Below, piece by piece: positions 40,301 through 52,140 of a stretch of DNA of 64,000 nt. Position numbers and translations under genes: made by a program. The notes under the pieces are model-generated. The model was given only the letters and a program-made list of their open reading frames with translations. It made no database searches and was not told where the DNA came from. The DNA lies in NCBI RefSeq assembly GCF_009914755.1, contig NC_060947.1. One strand, 5' to 3'. How positions within the stretch are numbered: the stretch's first letter is position 1; each line of letters opens with the position of its first letter. The DNA is from the human T2T-CHM13v2.0 reference genome, Homo sapiens.

Positions 40301-43290
40301 ACAAAAAGAGTGTTTCCAATCTGCTCTATCAATAGGATTGTTCAACTCCGTGAGTTGAATGCCATCCTCACAAAGTAGTTTCTGAGAATGCTTCTATCTA
40401 GTTTTTATGTTTTTTATGTGAAGATATTTCCTTTTCCACCACAGGCCTCATAGCCCTCCTAATGTCCACTTGCAGATTCTCGAAAAAGACTGTTTCATAG
40501 CTGCTCTTTCAAAAGGAAAGCTCAACTCTCGGAGTTGAATACAAACATCACAAAGTAGTTTCCGAGAATGCTTCTGTTTAGTTTTTATGTGAAGATGATC
40601 CCTTTTCCAATGAAATGTTCAACGAGGTACACGTATGCCCTTGCAGATTCCAAAGAAAGTGGGTTTCAAAACTCCTCCATCAAAAGGATTGTTCAACTCT
40701 GAGAGTTGAATGCAGTCATCGCAGAAAACTTTGTGAGAATGCTTCTGTCTAGGTTTGATGTGAAGATATAGCCGTTTCAAACGAAGACTACAAAATGGTC
40801 AAAATATACACTTGCAGATTCTACTACACGGGTGTTGCAAACCTGCACTATCAAAGGAAGTTTCCACTCTGTGAGTTGAATGCAAGCATCACAAAGATGT
40901 TTCTGAGAATGCCTCCGTTCAGTTATGGGAATTTGATCCCGTTTCCAACGAAATCCTCAGAGAGGTCCAAATATCCCCTTGCAAATTCTACAAAAAGTTT
41001 GTTTGGAAACTGCTCCATCAAAATGAATGTTCAGCTCTCTGAGCTAACTCAATCGTCACAAAGAATTTTGTGAGAGTGCTACTGTCTAGTTTTCATGTGA
41101 AGTTCTTTCCTTTACTACCACAGGCCTCAAAGCGGTCCAAATCTCCACTTGCAGATTCTACAAAGGAGTGATTGCAAACTGCTCTATCAAAATGAATGTT
41201 CAACTCTGGGAGTTGAATGCAATCATCACAGAGCACTTTCTGAGAATGCTTCTATGTCGTTTTTAGGAGTAGATATTTCCTTTTCCACCACAGTCCTCCA
41301 AGCCCGCTAAATAGCCACTTGCACATTCTAGAAAAAGTGTGTCAAAGCTGCGCTATCAAAGGGAAAGTTCAACTCTGTCAGGTGAATGCAAACATCCCAA
41401 AGAAGTTTCTGAGAATGCTTCCGTTTAGCTTTTAGGTGAAGATTATCCCGTTTCCAACGAAATCTTCAAAGAGGTCCAAATATCCCCTTGCGGATCCCAC
41501 AGAAAGAGTGTTTCGAAACTGCTGTTTCAAAAGGAATCTTAAACTCTGTGAATTGAATGCAATCATCACAAAGAAGTTTCTGACAATGCTTCTCTCTCGT
41601 CTTTATGTGAAGATATTTCCTTTTCCACCACAGGCCTGAAAGCGCTCCAAATGTCCACTTGCAGATTCTGCGAACAGAATGTTTCAAAACTGCTCTATGA
41701 AAAGCAATGTTAAACTCTGTGGCTCGAACAGAAACATCACAAAGCAGTTTCTGAGAATGCTTCAGTTTAGTTTTTCTGTGGAGATATTCCCATTTCCAAA
41801 GAAATCTTCTAAGAGTTCCACATATCCACTTACATATTCTACAAAAAGACAGATTCAAAACTGCTCAATCAAAAGGAGGATTCAACCCTGTGACTTGAAT
41901 CCAATCATCACACAGAAGTTTCTGAGAATGCTTCTCTTTAGTTTTTACGTGAACATATACCCATTTCGAACGAAGGCCACACAGTGGTCCAAATATCCAC
42001 TTGCAGATTCTACAGAAAGAGTGTTTCAAACCTGAAATCTCAAAGGAAGGTTCATCTCTGTGAGTTAAATACATTCATCATGAAGAACTTTCTCAGACTG
42101 TTTGTGTTTAGATATGGGAAATTTCTCCCGTTTCCAACGAAATCCTTAGAGAGGTCCAAATATCCCCTTGCAGATTCTACCAAAAGTGTATTTGGAAACT
42201 GCTCCATCAAAAGACACGTTCAGCTCTGTTAGTTAAACTCCATCATCACAAAGAATATTCTGAGAATGCTTCCGTTTGCTTTTTTATGAATTTCCTTCCT
42301 ATACTACCGTAGGCCTCAAAGCAGTCCAAATCTCCATTTGCAGATTCTACAAAAAGAGTGTTTCCAATCTGCTCTATCAATAGGATTGTTCAACTCCGTG
42401 AGTTGAATGCCATCGTCACAAATTAATTTCTGAGAATGCTTCTATCTAGTTTTTATGTGAAGATATTTCCTTTTCCACCACAGGCCTCAAAGCCCTCCAA
42501 ACGTCCACTTGTAGATTCTCCAAAAAGAGTGTTTCATAGCTGCTCTTTCAAAAGGAATGTTCAACTCTGGCAGTTGAATGCAAACATCACAAAGTAGTTT
42601 CCGAGAATGCTCCTGTTTAGATTTTATGTGAAGATGATCCCGTTTCCAATGAAATCTTCAAGGAGGTCCACATATCCCCTTGCAGATTCCAAGGAAAGAG
42701 GGTTTCAAAACTGCTCCATCAAAAGGATTGTTCATGTCTGTGAGTTGAATGCAGTCATCGCAGAAAACTTTCTGAGAAACTTCTGTCTAGGTTTGATGTG
42801 AAGATAGGGCCGTTTCAAACGAAGGCTACAAAGTGGTCAAAATATATACTTGCAGATTCTACTACAAGGGTGTTGCAAACCTGAACTACCAAAGGAATGT
42901 TCAACTCTGTGAGTTGAATGCAAACCTCACAAAGAAGTTTCTGAGAATGCTTCCGTTCAGTTATGGGAAGTTGATCCCCTTTCCAACGAAATTCTCAGAG
43001 AGGTCCAAATATCCCCTTGCAGATTCTACAAACAGTGTGTTTGTAAACTGCTCCATCAAAACGAATGTTCAGCTCTCTGAGTTAAACTCAATCGTCACAA
43101 AGTATTTTCTGAGAGTGCTGCTGTCTAGTTTTTATATGAAGTTCTTTCCTTTACTAGCACAGGCCTCAAAGCGGTCCAGTCTCCACTTGCAGATTCTACA
43201 AAATGAGTGTTTCCAAACTGCTTTTTATCAAAAGGAATCTTCAACTCTGTGAGTTGAATGCCATCATCACAGAGTAGTTACTGAGAATGC
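37301..43290 (-). repeat. Diverged/ancestral DXZ1-type 12-mer HOR copies (~3 units) at the array edge
   Basis: Same monomer order and BamHI site (markers ~37332, 39387, 41436). These copies share many alternative alleles (gcgaacagaatgtttc, cagattcaaaa, ttcaaacc, ctccgtgag) and have more private indels. The copies at 39387 and 41436 lack the +15-bp insertion. Confidence 0.9.
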
Positions 43291-43800
43291 TTCTGTCTTC
43301 TTTTTATATGAAGATATTTCCTTTTCTACCATAGACCTCAAAGCACTCTAAATACACACTTGCAAATTCTACAACAAGAGGTTTTCAAAACTGCTCTATC
43401 GATAGAAAATTTAAACTCTGTCAGTTGAATGGTCACATCACAAATTTGTTTCTGGGACTGATTCTGTCTATTTTTTTTATGAAGATATTGCCTTTTCTAC
43501 CGTAGGATTCAAAGCGCTCTAAATATCCTCTTGGAAATTCTGCAAAAAGAGTGTTTCAAATCTGCTCTATCAAAAAGAAGTTTCATCTCTGTGAGTTGTA
43601 TGCACACATCACAGAGAAGTCTCTGAGAATTCTTCTGTCTAGTTTTATATGAAGAAATCCCGTTTCCAACGAAGGCCTCAAATTGGTCCAAATATCCACT
43701 TGCAGATTCTACAAAAAGAGTGATAGCAATCTGCTCTATGAAGAGGAATGTTCAACTCTGTGTGTTGAATGCACATATCACAAAGTAGTTTCTGAGAATG
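43291..43800 (-). repeat. Three junction alpha-satellite monomers unlike DXZ1 or the next layer
   Basis: Motifs ctctaaatacacacttgcaaattc, ctctaaatatcctcttggaaattc and gaagaaatcccgtttccaacgaaggcc appear only here. The 171-bp phase and orientation are preserved. Confidence 0.6.
43658..43674 (-). promoter_or_regulatory. Canonical CENP-B box just outside the HOR array
   Basis: TCCCGTTTCCAACGAAG. Confidence 0.85.
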
Positions 43801-46800
43801 CTTCTGTCTGTCTAGTTTTTATGTGAAGATATTTCGTTTTCCACCAAAGGCTTGAAAGCGCTCTAAATGAACACTTGAACATTCTACAAAAAGAATGTTT
43901 CAAAACTGCTCTATGAAAAGAAGTGTTCCATTCTGTGAGGTTAATCCACACATTAAATAGCAGTTTCTGAGAATGCTTCTGTCTAGTTTTTATGTGAAGA
44001 TATTTCCTTTTCCATCATAGGCCTCAAATCGCTCCAAATATCCACTTGCAGATACCACAGAAAGAATGTTTTGAAACTGCTCTCTCAAAAGGAAGGTTCC
44101 TTCAACTCTGTGAGCTGAAGGCACACATCACAAAGCAGTTTCTGAGAATGCTTCTGTCTACTCTTTATGTGAAGATATCCGGTTTACAATGAATTCCTCT
44201 AAGAGCTCCTAATATCCACAAGCAGAACCAACAAAAGCAGTGTTTCAAAACTGCTCTATCAAAAGAAAGGTTCAATGCCGTGAATTGAACACAAACATCA
44301 CAAAGTTTTTTCTGAGAATGCTTCTGTCTAGTTTTTATGTGAAGATATTTCCTTTTCCACCATAGGCTTCAAAGCCCTCCAAAGGAAAACTTGCAGATTC
44401 TACAAATAGACTGTTACAAGACTGCTCTATGAAAAGAAGGGTTCCCCTCTGTGAGGTGAATGCACACATCACAAAGCAGTTTCTGAGAATGCTTCTTTCT
44501 AGTTTTTATGTGAAGATATTTCCTTTTGCATCATAGGCCTCAAATCGCTCCAAATATCCACTTGCAGATACCACAAAAGACTGTTTCAAAACAGCTCTCT
44601 GAAAAGGAAAGTTCAATTCTGTGAGTTGAATGCACACATCACAAAGCAGTTTCTGAGAATGCTTCTGTCTAGTTTGTGTGTGAAGATATCGCGTTTAAAA
44701 CGAATTCCTGAAAGAGCTCCAAATATCCACAAGCAGATTCTACAAAAGCAGTGTTTCGAAACTGCTCTATCAAAAGAAAGTTTCAACCATGTGAATTCAA
44801 CACGCACATCACAAAGGTGTTTCTGAGAATGCTTCTGTCCAGTTTTTATGTGAAGATATTTCCATTCGATCAGAGGCCACAAAGCACTCCAAATGAAACC
44901 TTGCAGATTCTACAACAGGTGGGTTCCAACACTGCTCTATCAAAAGTAAGGTTCAACTCTGTGAGCTGAATGCACACATCACAAGTACTTTCTGAGAATG
45001 CTTGTATAGTTTTTATGTGAAGATGATACCCATTTCCAACGAACTCCTAAATGAGTGCCAAATATCCACAAGCAGATAATACAAAAGGAGTGTTTCTATA
45101 CTGCTGTATCAAAAGACAAATTCAACTCTGTTACTTGAATGCACACATCACAAAGAAGTTCTTGAGAATGCTTCTGTTTCGTTTTTATGTGAAGATATTT
45201 CCTTTTCCACCATAGGCTTCAAAGCGCTCCAAATGAACACTTGCAGATTCTACAAAAAGACAGTTTCAAACCTGCTCTATGAAAAGAATGGTTCCACTCT
45301 GTGAGGTGAATGCCCACATCACAAAGCAGTTTCTGAGAATGCTTCTGTCTAGTTTTTATGTGAAGAGATTTCCTTTTCCATCATAGGCCTCAAATCGCTC
45401 CAAATATCCCTTGCAGATACTACAAAAAGACTCAAAAGTGCTCTCTCAAAAGGAACGTTCATCTCTGTGAGTTGAATGCACACATCACAGAGCAGTTTCT
45501 GGGAATGCTTCTGTCTAGTTAGTATGTGAAGGTATTTCCTTTTCCATCATTGACCTCAAATCCCTCCAAATATCCACTTGCAGATACCAGAAAAAGACTG
45601 TTTCAAAACTGCTCTCTCAAAAGAAGTGTTCAACTCTGTGAGTTGAATGCACACATCAAAAAGCAGTTTCTGAGAATGCTTCTGTCCAGTTTGTATGTGA
45701 AGATATTTCCTACTCCATCATAGGCCTGAAATCGCTCCAAATATCTACTAGCAGATACTACAAAAATACTGTTTCAAAACTGCTCTCTCCAAAGGAAGGT
45801 TCAACTCTGTGAGTTGAATGCGCACATCACAAAGCAGCTTCTGAGAATGCTTCTGTCTGGTTTGTATGTGAAGATATTTCCTTTTCCATCATAGGCCTCA
45901 AATCTCTCAAAATATCTACTTGCAGATACTACAAAAGACTTTCAAAACTGCTCTCTCAAAAGGAAGGTTCATCTCTGTGAGTTGAATGCACACATCACAA
46001 AGAAGTTTCTCAGAATGCTTCTGTCTACTTTGTATGTGAAGATATCCCGTTTACAACGAATTCCTCAGAGCTCCAAATATCCACATGCAGATTGTGCAAA
46101 AGCAGTGTTTCAAAACTGCTCTATCAAAAGAAAGCTTCAACTCTGTGAATTGAACACACGCATCACATAGTTGTTTCTGAGAATGCTTCTGTCTAGTTTT
46201 TATGTGAAGATATAATCCCATTTCCACCATAGGCCACAAACCGCTCCAAATGAGCACTTGTAGATTCTACAAAGAGACTGTTTCAAAACTGCTCTATGAA
46301 AAGAAAGGTTCCACTCTGTGAGTTGAATGCACACATCAAAAAGAACTTTCTGAGAATGCTTGTGTCTAGTTTTTACGTGAAGATACCCGTTTCCAAAGAA
46401 TTCCTCAAGGTGTTCCGAATATCCACAAGCAGCTTCTACAAAAGGCGGGTTTCAGTACTGCTCTATCAAAAGACAGATTCAATTCTGTTAGTTGAATGCA
46501 CACATCACAAAGAAGTTCCTGAGAATGCTTCAGTCAAGTTTTTATGTGAAGATATTTCCTTTTCCACCATAGGCATCAAATCGCTCCAAATATCCACATG
46601 CGGTTTCTACAAAAATACAGTTTCAAAACTGATCTCTCAAAAGGAAGGTTGGAACTCTGTGAGTTGAATGCACACATCACAAAGCAGTTTCTGAGAATGC
46701 TTCTGTCTAGTTTGTATGTGAAGATATTTCCTTTTCCATCATAGGCCTCAAGTTTTCAAAATATCCACTTGCAGATACTACAAGAAGACTGTTTCAAAAC

Positions 46801-49800
46801 TGCTCTTTCCAAAGGAGGGTTCAACTCTGTGAGTTGAAGACACACATCACAAAGCAGTTTCTGAGAATGCTTCTGTCTAGTTTGTATGTGAAGGTATTTC
46901 CTTTTCCATCATAGGCCTCAAATCACTCCAAATATCCACTTGCAGGTACTCCAAAAAGACTGTTTCAAAACTGCTCTCTCAAAAGGAATTTTCAACTCTG
47001 AGTTGAATTCACACATCACAAAGCAGTTTCTGAGAATGCTTCTGTCTAGTTTGTATGTGAAGATATTTCCTTTTCCACCATAGGCTTTAAAGCGCTCCAA
47101 ATGAACAGTTGCGGATTCTACAAAAAGACTGTTTCAAAACTGCTCTATGAAAAGAAGGGTTCCACTCTGTGAGGTGAATGCACACATCACAAAGTTGTTT
47201 GTGAGAATGCTTCTGTCTAGTTTTTTGTGAAGATATGTCCTTTTCCGTCATAGGCCTCAAATCGCTCCAAATATCCACTTGCAGATACTACAAAAAGACT
47301 CTTTCAAAACTGCTCTCTCCAAAGGAAGGTTCAATTCTGTGAGTTGAATGCACACATCACAAAGCATTTTCTGAGAATGCTTCTGTCTACTTTGTATATG
47401 AAGGTATTTCCTTTTCCATCATTGGCCTCAAATCGCTCCAAATATCCCCTTGCAAATACTACAAAAAGATTGTTTGAAAACTGCTCTCTCTAAAGGAAGG
47501 TTCAACTCTGTTAGTTGAACGCACACATCACAAAGTAGTTTCTGAGAATGCTTCTCTCTAGTTTGTATGTGAAGATTTCCCGTTTAGAACGAATTCCTCA
47601 AAGAGCTCCAAATATCCACAAGCAGATTCTACAAAAGCAGTGTTCCAAAACTGCTCTATCAAAGGAAAGTTTCAACGCTGTGAAGTGAGCACACACATCA
47701 CAAAGATGTTTCTGAGAATGCTTCTATCTAGTTTTTATGTGAAGATATTTTCTTTTCCACCATAGGCCCCAAAGCGCTCCAAATGAACACTTGCAAATTC
47801 TACAAAAGGTGTGTTTCAACACTGCTCTATCAAAAGAAAGCTTCAACACTGTGAGTTGAATGGACACATCACAAAGAACTTTGTGATAATGCTTCTCTCT
47901 AGTTTTTATGTGAAGACAACCGTTTCCAACGAATTCCTCAAAGACTTCCAAATATCCACAAGCAGATTCTGCAAAAGAAGTGTTTCAATACTGCTCAATA
48001 AAAAGACATATTCAACTCTGTTAGTTGAATGCACACATCTCAAAGAATTTCCTGAGAATGCTTCTGTCTAGTTTTTACTTGAAGATATTTCCTTTTCCCC
48101 CACAGTCTTCAAAGTGCTCCAAATGAACACTTGCAGATTCTACAAAAAGACTGTTTCAAAACTGCTCTATGAAAAGAAGGGTTCCACTCTGTGAGGTGAA
48201 TGCACACATCACAAAGTTGTTTGTGAGAATGCTTCTGTCTAGTTTTTATGTGAAGATATTTCCTTTTCCATCACAGGCCTCAAATCGCTCCAAATATCCA
48301 CTTGCAAATACTACAAAAATACTGTTTCAAAACTGCTCTCTCAAAAGGATGTTTCAACTCTGTGAGTTGAATGCACACATCACAAAGCAGTTTCTTGGAA
48401 TGCTTCTGTCTAGTTTGTACGTGAAGATATTTCCTTTGCCATCATAGGCTTCACATCGCTCCAAATATCCACTTGCAGATACTACAAAAAGACTGTTTCA
48501 AAACTGCTCTCTCAAAAGGAAGGTTCAATTCTGTGAGTTGAATGCACACATCACAAAGCAGTTTCTGAGAATGCTTCTGTCTAGTTTGTATGTGAAGGTA
48601 TTTCCTTTGGCATCATAGGCCTCACATCGCTCAGAATATCTACTTGCAGATACTACAAAAAGACTGTTTCAAAACTGCTCTCTCAAAACGAACGTTCAAT
48701 TCTGTGAGTTGAATCCACACATCACAAAGCAGTTTCTGAGAAGGCTTCTGTCTAGTTTGTATGTGAAGATATCCCGTTTACAACGAATTTCTCAAAAATC
48801 TCTTAATATCCACAAGCAGATTCTGCAAAAACAGTGTTTCAAAACTGCTCTATCAAAATAAAATTTCAACTCTGTGAATTGAAGACACACATCACAATGA
48901 TGTTTCTCACAATGCCTCTGTCTAATTTTTATGTGAAGATATTTCCTTTTCCACCGTAGGCACCAAAGCACTCCAAAAGAGCACTTGCAGATACTACAAA
49001 AGGTGTGTTTCAATAGTGCTGTATCAAAAGAAAGTTTCAACTCTGTGAGTAGAATGCACACTTCGCAAAAAACTTTCTGAGAATGTTTCTGTCTAGTTTT
49101 TATGTGAAGATGCCCGTTTCCAACGAATTCCTCAGAGAGTTCCAAATATCCACAAGCAGATTCTACAAAGGAGTGTTTCAATACTGCTCTATCAAAAGAC
49201 AGATTCAATTATGTTAGTTGAATGCAGACATCTCAAAGAAGTTCCTGAGAATGCTTCTGTCTAGTTTTTATGTGAAGATATTTCATTTTCTACCTTAGGC
49301 TTCAAAGCGCTCCAAAAGAACACTTGCAGATTCTACAAAAAGACTGTTTCAAAACTGCTTTATGAAAAGAAGAGTTCCACTCTGTAAGGTGAATGCACAC
49401 CTGACAAAGCAGTTTCTTAGAATTCTTCTATCTAGTTTTTATGTGAAGATATTTCCTTTCCCATCATAGGCCTCAAATCGCTCAAAAGATCTACTTGCAG
49501 ATGCTACAAAAAGACAGTTTCAAAACTGCTCTCTCAAAAGGTTGGTTCCACTCTGTGTGGTGAATGCACGCATCACAAAGCAGTTTCTGAGAATGCTCCT
49601 GTCTCGTTTTTATGTGAAGATATTTCCTTTTCCACCACAGGTCATAAAGCCCTCCAAATGAACATTTGCAGATTCTACAAAAGGTGTGTTTCAACACTGC
49701 TCTATCAAAAGAAAGCTTCAACACTGTGAGTTGAATGCACACATCAAAAAGAACTTTCTGAGAATCCTTCTCTGTAGTTTTTATGTGAAGATAACCTTTT

Positions 49801-52140
49801 CCAACGAATTCCTCAAAGATTTCCAGTTATCCACAAGCAGATTCTTCAAAAGGAGTGTTTCAATACTGCTCAATCAAAAGACAGATTCAACTCTGTTAGT
49901 TGAATGCACACATCTCAAAGAATTTCCTGAGAATGCTTCTGTCTAGTTTTTATGTGAATGCATTTCCTTTTCTACCATAGGCTTCAAAGTGCTCCAAATG
50001 AACACTTCCAGATTCTACAAAAAGACTGTTTCAAAACTGTTTTAAGAAAAGAAGCGTTCCACTCTGTGAGGTGAATGCACACACCACAAAGCTGCCTCTG
50101 AGAATGCTTCTCTCTAGTTTTTATGTGAAGATATTTCCTTTTCCATCATAGGTCTCAAATCGCTCCAAATATCCACTTGCAGATACTACAAAAAGACTCT
50201 TTCAAAACTGCTCTCTCAAAAGGAAGGTTCAACACTGTGAGTTGAATGCACACATCACAAAGCAGTTTCTGAGAATGCTTCTGTCTACTTTTTATGTGCA
50301 GATATCCCGTTTACAACGAATTCCACAAAGAGCTCTAAATATCCACAAGCAGATTCCACAAAAGCAGTGATTCAAAACTGCTCTATCAAAAGAAAGGTTC
50401 AACTCTGTGAATTGAACGCACACAACACAATGGTGTTTCTGAGAATGCTTCTATCTAGTTTTTATGTGAAGACATTTCCTTTTCCATCACAGGCCTCAAA
50501 GCACTCCAAATGAACACTTGCAGATTCTACAAAAGGTGTGTTTCAACACTACTCTATCCAAAGAAATGTTCAACTCTGTGAATAGAATGCACACATCACA
50601 AAGAGCTTTCTGAGAATGCTTGTGTCTAGTTTTTATGTGAAGATACCCGTTTCCAACGAATTCCTAAAGAGTTCCAAATATCCACAAGCAGATTCTACAA
50701 AAGGAGTGTTTCAATACTGCTCTATCAACAGACAGATTCAACTCTGTTAGTTGAATGCACACATCTCAAAGAAGTTCCTGAGAATGCTTCTGTCTAGTTT
50801 GTATGTGAAGATATATATCCTTTTCGACCATAGGCTTCAAAGCGCTCTCAATGAACACTTGCAGATTCTACAAAAAGCCTATTTCAAAAGTGCTCTATGA
50901 AAAGAAGGGATCCACTCTGTGAAGTGAATGCACACATCACAAAGCAGTTTCTGAGAATGCTTCTGTCTCGTTTGTATGTGAAGATATTTCATTTTTCCAT
51001 CATAGGCCTCAAATCGCTCCAAATATCCACTTGCAGATACTTCAAAAGGACTGTTTCAAAACTGCTCTCTCAAAAGGAAAGTTCAGCATGGAGAGTTGAA
51101 TGCACACATCACAAAGCAGTTTCTGAGAATGCTTCTGTCTAGGTTGTATGTGAAGATCTTTCCTTTTCAATAACAGGCCTCAAATCGCCCAAAGTATCCA
51201 CTTGCAGATACAACATAAAGAGTGTTTCAAAACTGCTCTCTCAAAAGGAAGGTTCAACTCTGTGAGTTGAATGCTCACATCACAAAGCAGTTTCTGAGAA
51301 TGTTTCTGTCTAGTTTGTATGTGAAGATATATCCTTTTCCATCATAGGCTTCAAATCGCTCCAAATATCTACTTGTTGACACAACAAAAAGCCTGTTTCA
51401 AAACTGCTCTCTCAAAAGGAAGGTTCAACTCTGGGAGTTGAATGCACAGATCACAAAGCAGTTTCTGAGAATGCTTCTGTCTAGTTTGTATGTGAAGATT
51501 TCCCGTTTGCAACGAATTACTCAGAGCTCCAAATATCCACAAGCAGATTCTACAAAAGCAGTGTTTCAAAACTGCTCTATCGAAAGAAATGTTCAACTCT
51601 GTGAATTGAACACACACATCACAAAGTTGTTTCTGAGAATGCTTTTGTCTAGTTTTTCTGTGAAGATATTTCCTTTTGCACCTTAGGCCCCAAAGCGCTA
51701 CAAATGAACACTTACAGATTCGACCAAAGGTGTGTTTCAACACTGCTCTATCAAAAGAAACTTTCACCTCTGTGAGCTGAATGCACACATCACAAAGAAC
51801 TTTCTAAGAATGCTTCTGTCTAGTTTTTATGTGAAGATAACCTTTTCCAAAGAATTCCTCAAAGAGTTCCAAATATACACAAGCAGATCCCACAAAAGGA
51901 GTGTTTCAATACTGCTCTATCAAAAGACAGATTTAACTCTGTGAGTTGAATGCACACATCTCAAAGAAGTTCCAGAGAATGCTTCTGTCTAGTTTTTATG
52001 TGAAGATATTTCCTTTTGCACCATAGGATTCAAAGCACTCCAGTGAACACTTGCAGATACTACAAAAAGACTGTTTCAAAACTGCTCTCTCAAAAGGAAA
52101 GTTCAACTCTGTAAGTTGAATGCACACATCACAAAGCAGT
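43801..52140 (-). repeat. Divergent alpha-satellite layer 1 (mixed A/B monomers, probably SF5/R1R2-like) with a recurrent multi-monomer cassette
   Basis: ~171-bp monomers with no 2057-bp period. Diagnostic motifs are aacgaattcctc (EcoRI), ccacaagcagattc, aaatgaacacttgc and gatactacaaaaagactgtttc. The SF5 assignment is an inference from irregular A/B alternation. Confidence 0.8.

Noticed and set aside
1-43290. CRISPR-like or prokaryotic repeat-spacer system
   Set aside because: The sequence is continuous 171-bp tandem monomers with no unique spacers and no cas genes; it is primate satellite.
46045-51501. A true 16-mer (~2.73 kb) HOR from alternating 9+7 monomer spacing
   Set aside because: The two 9-mers differ in internal monomer composition (the second contains an extra A'-B2 pair), so the equal spacing is probably coincidental.
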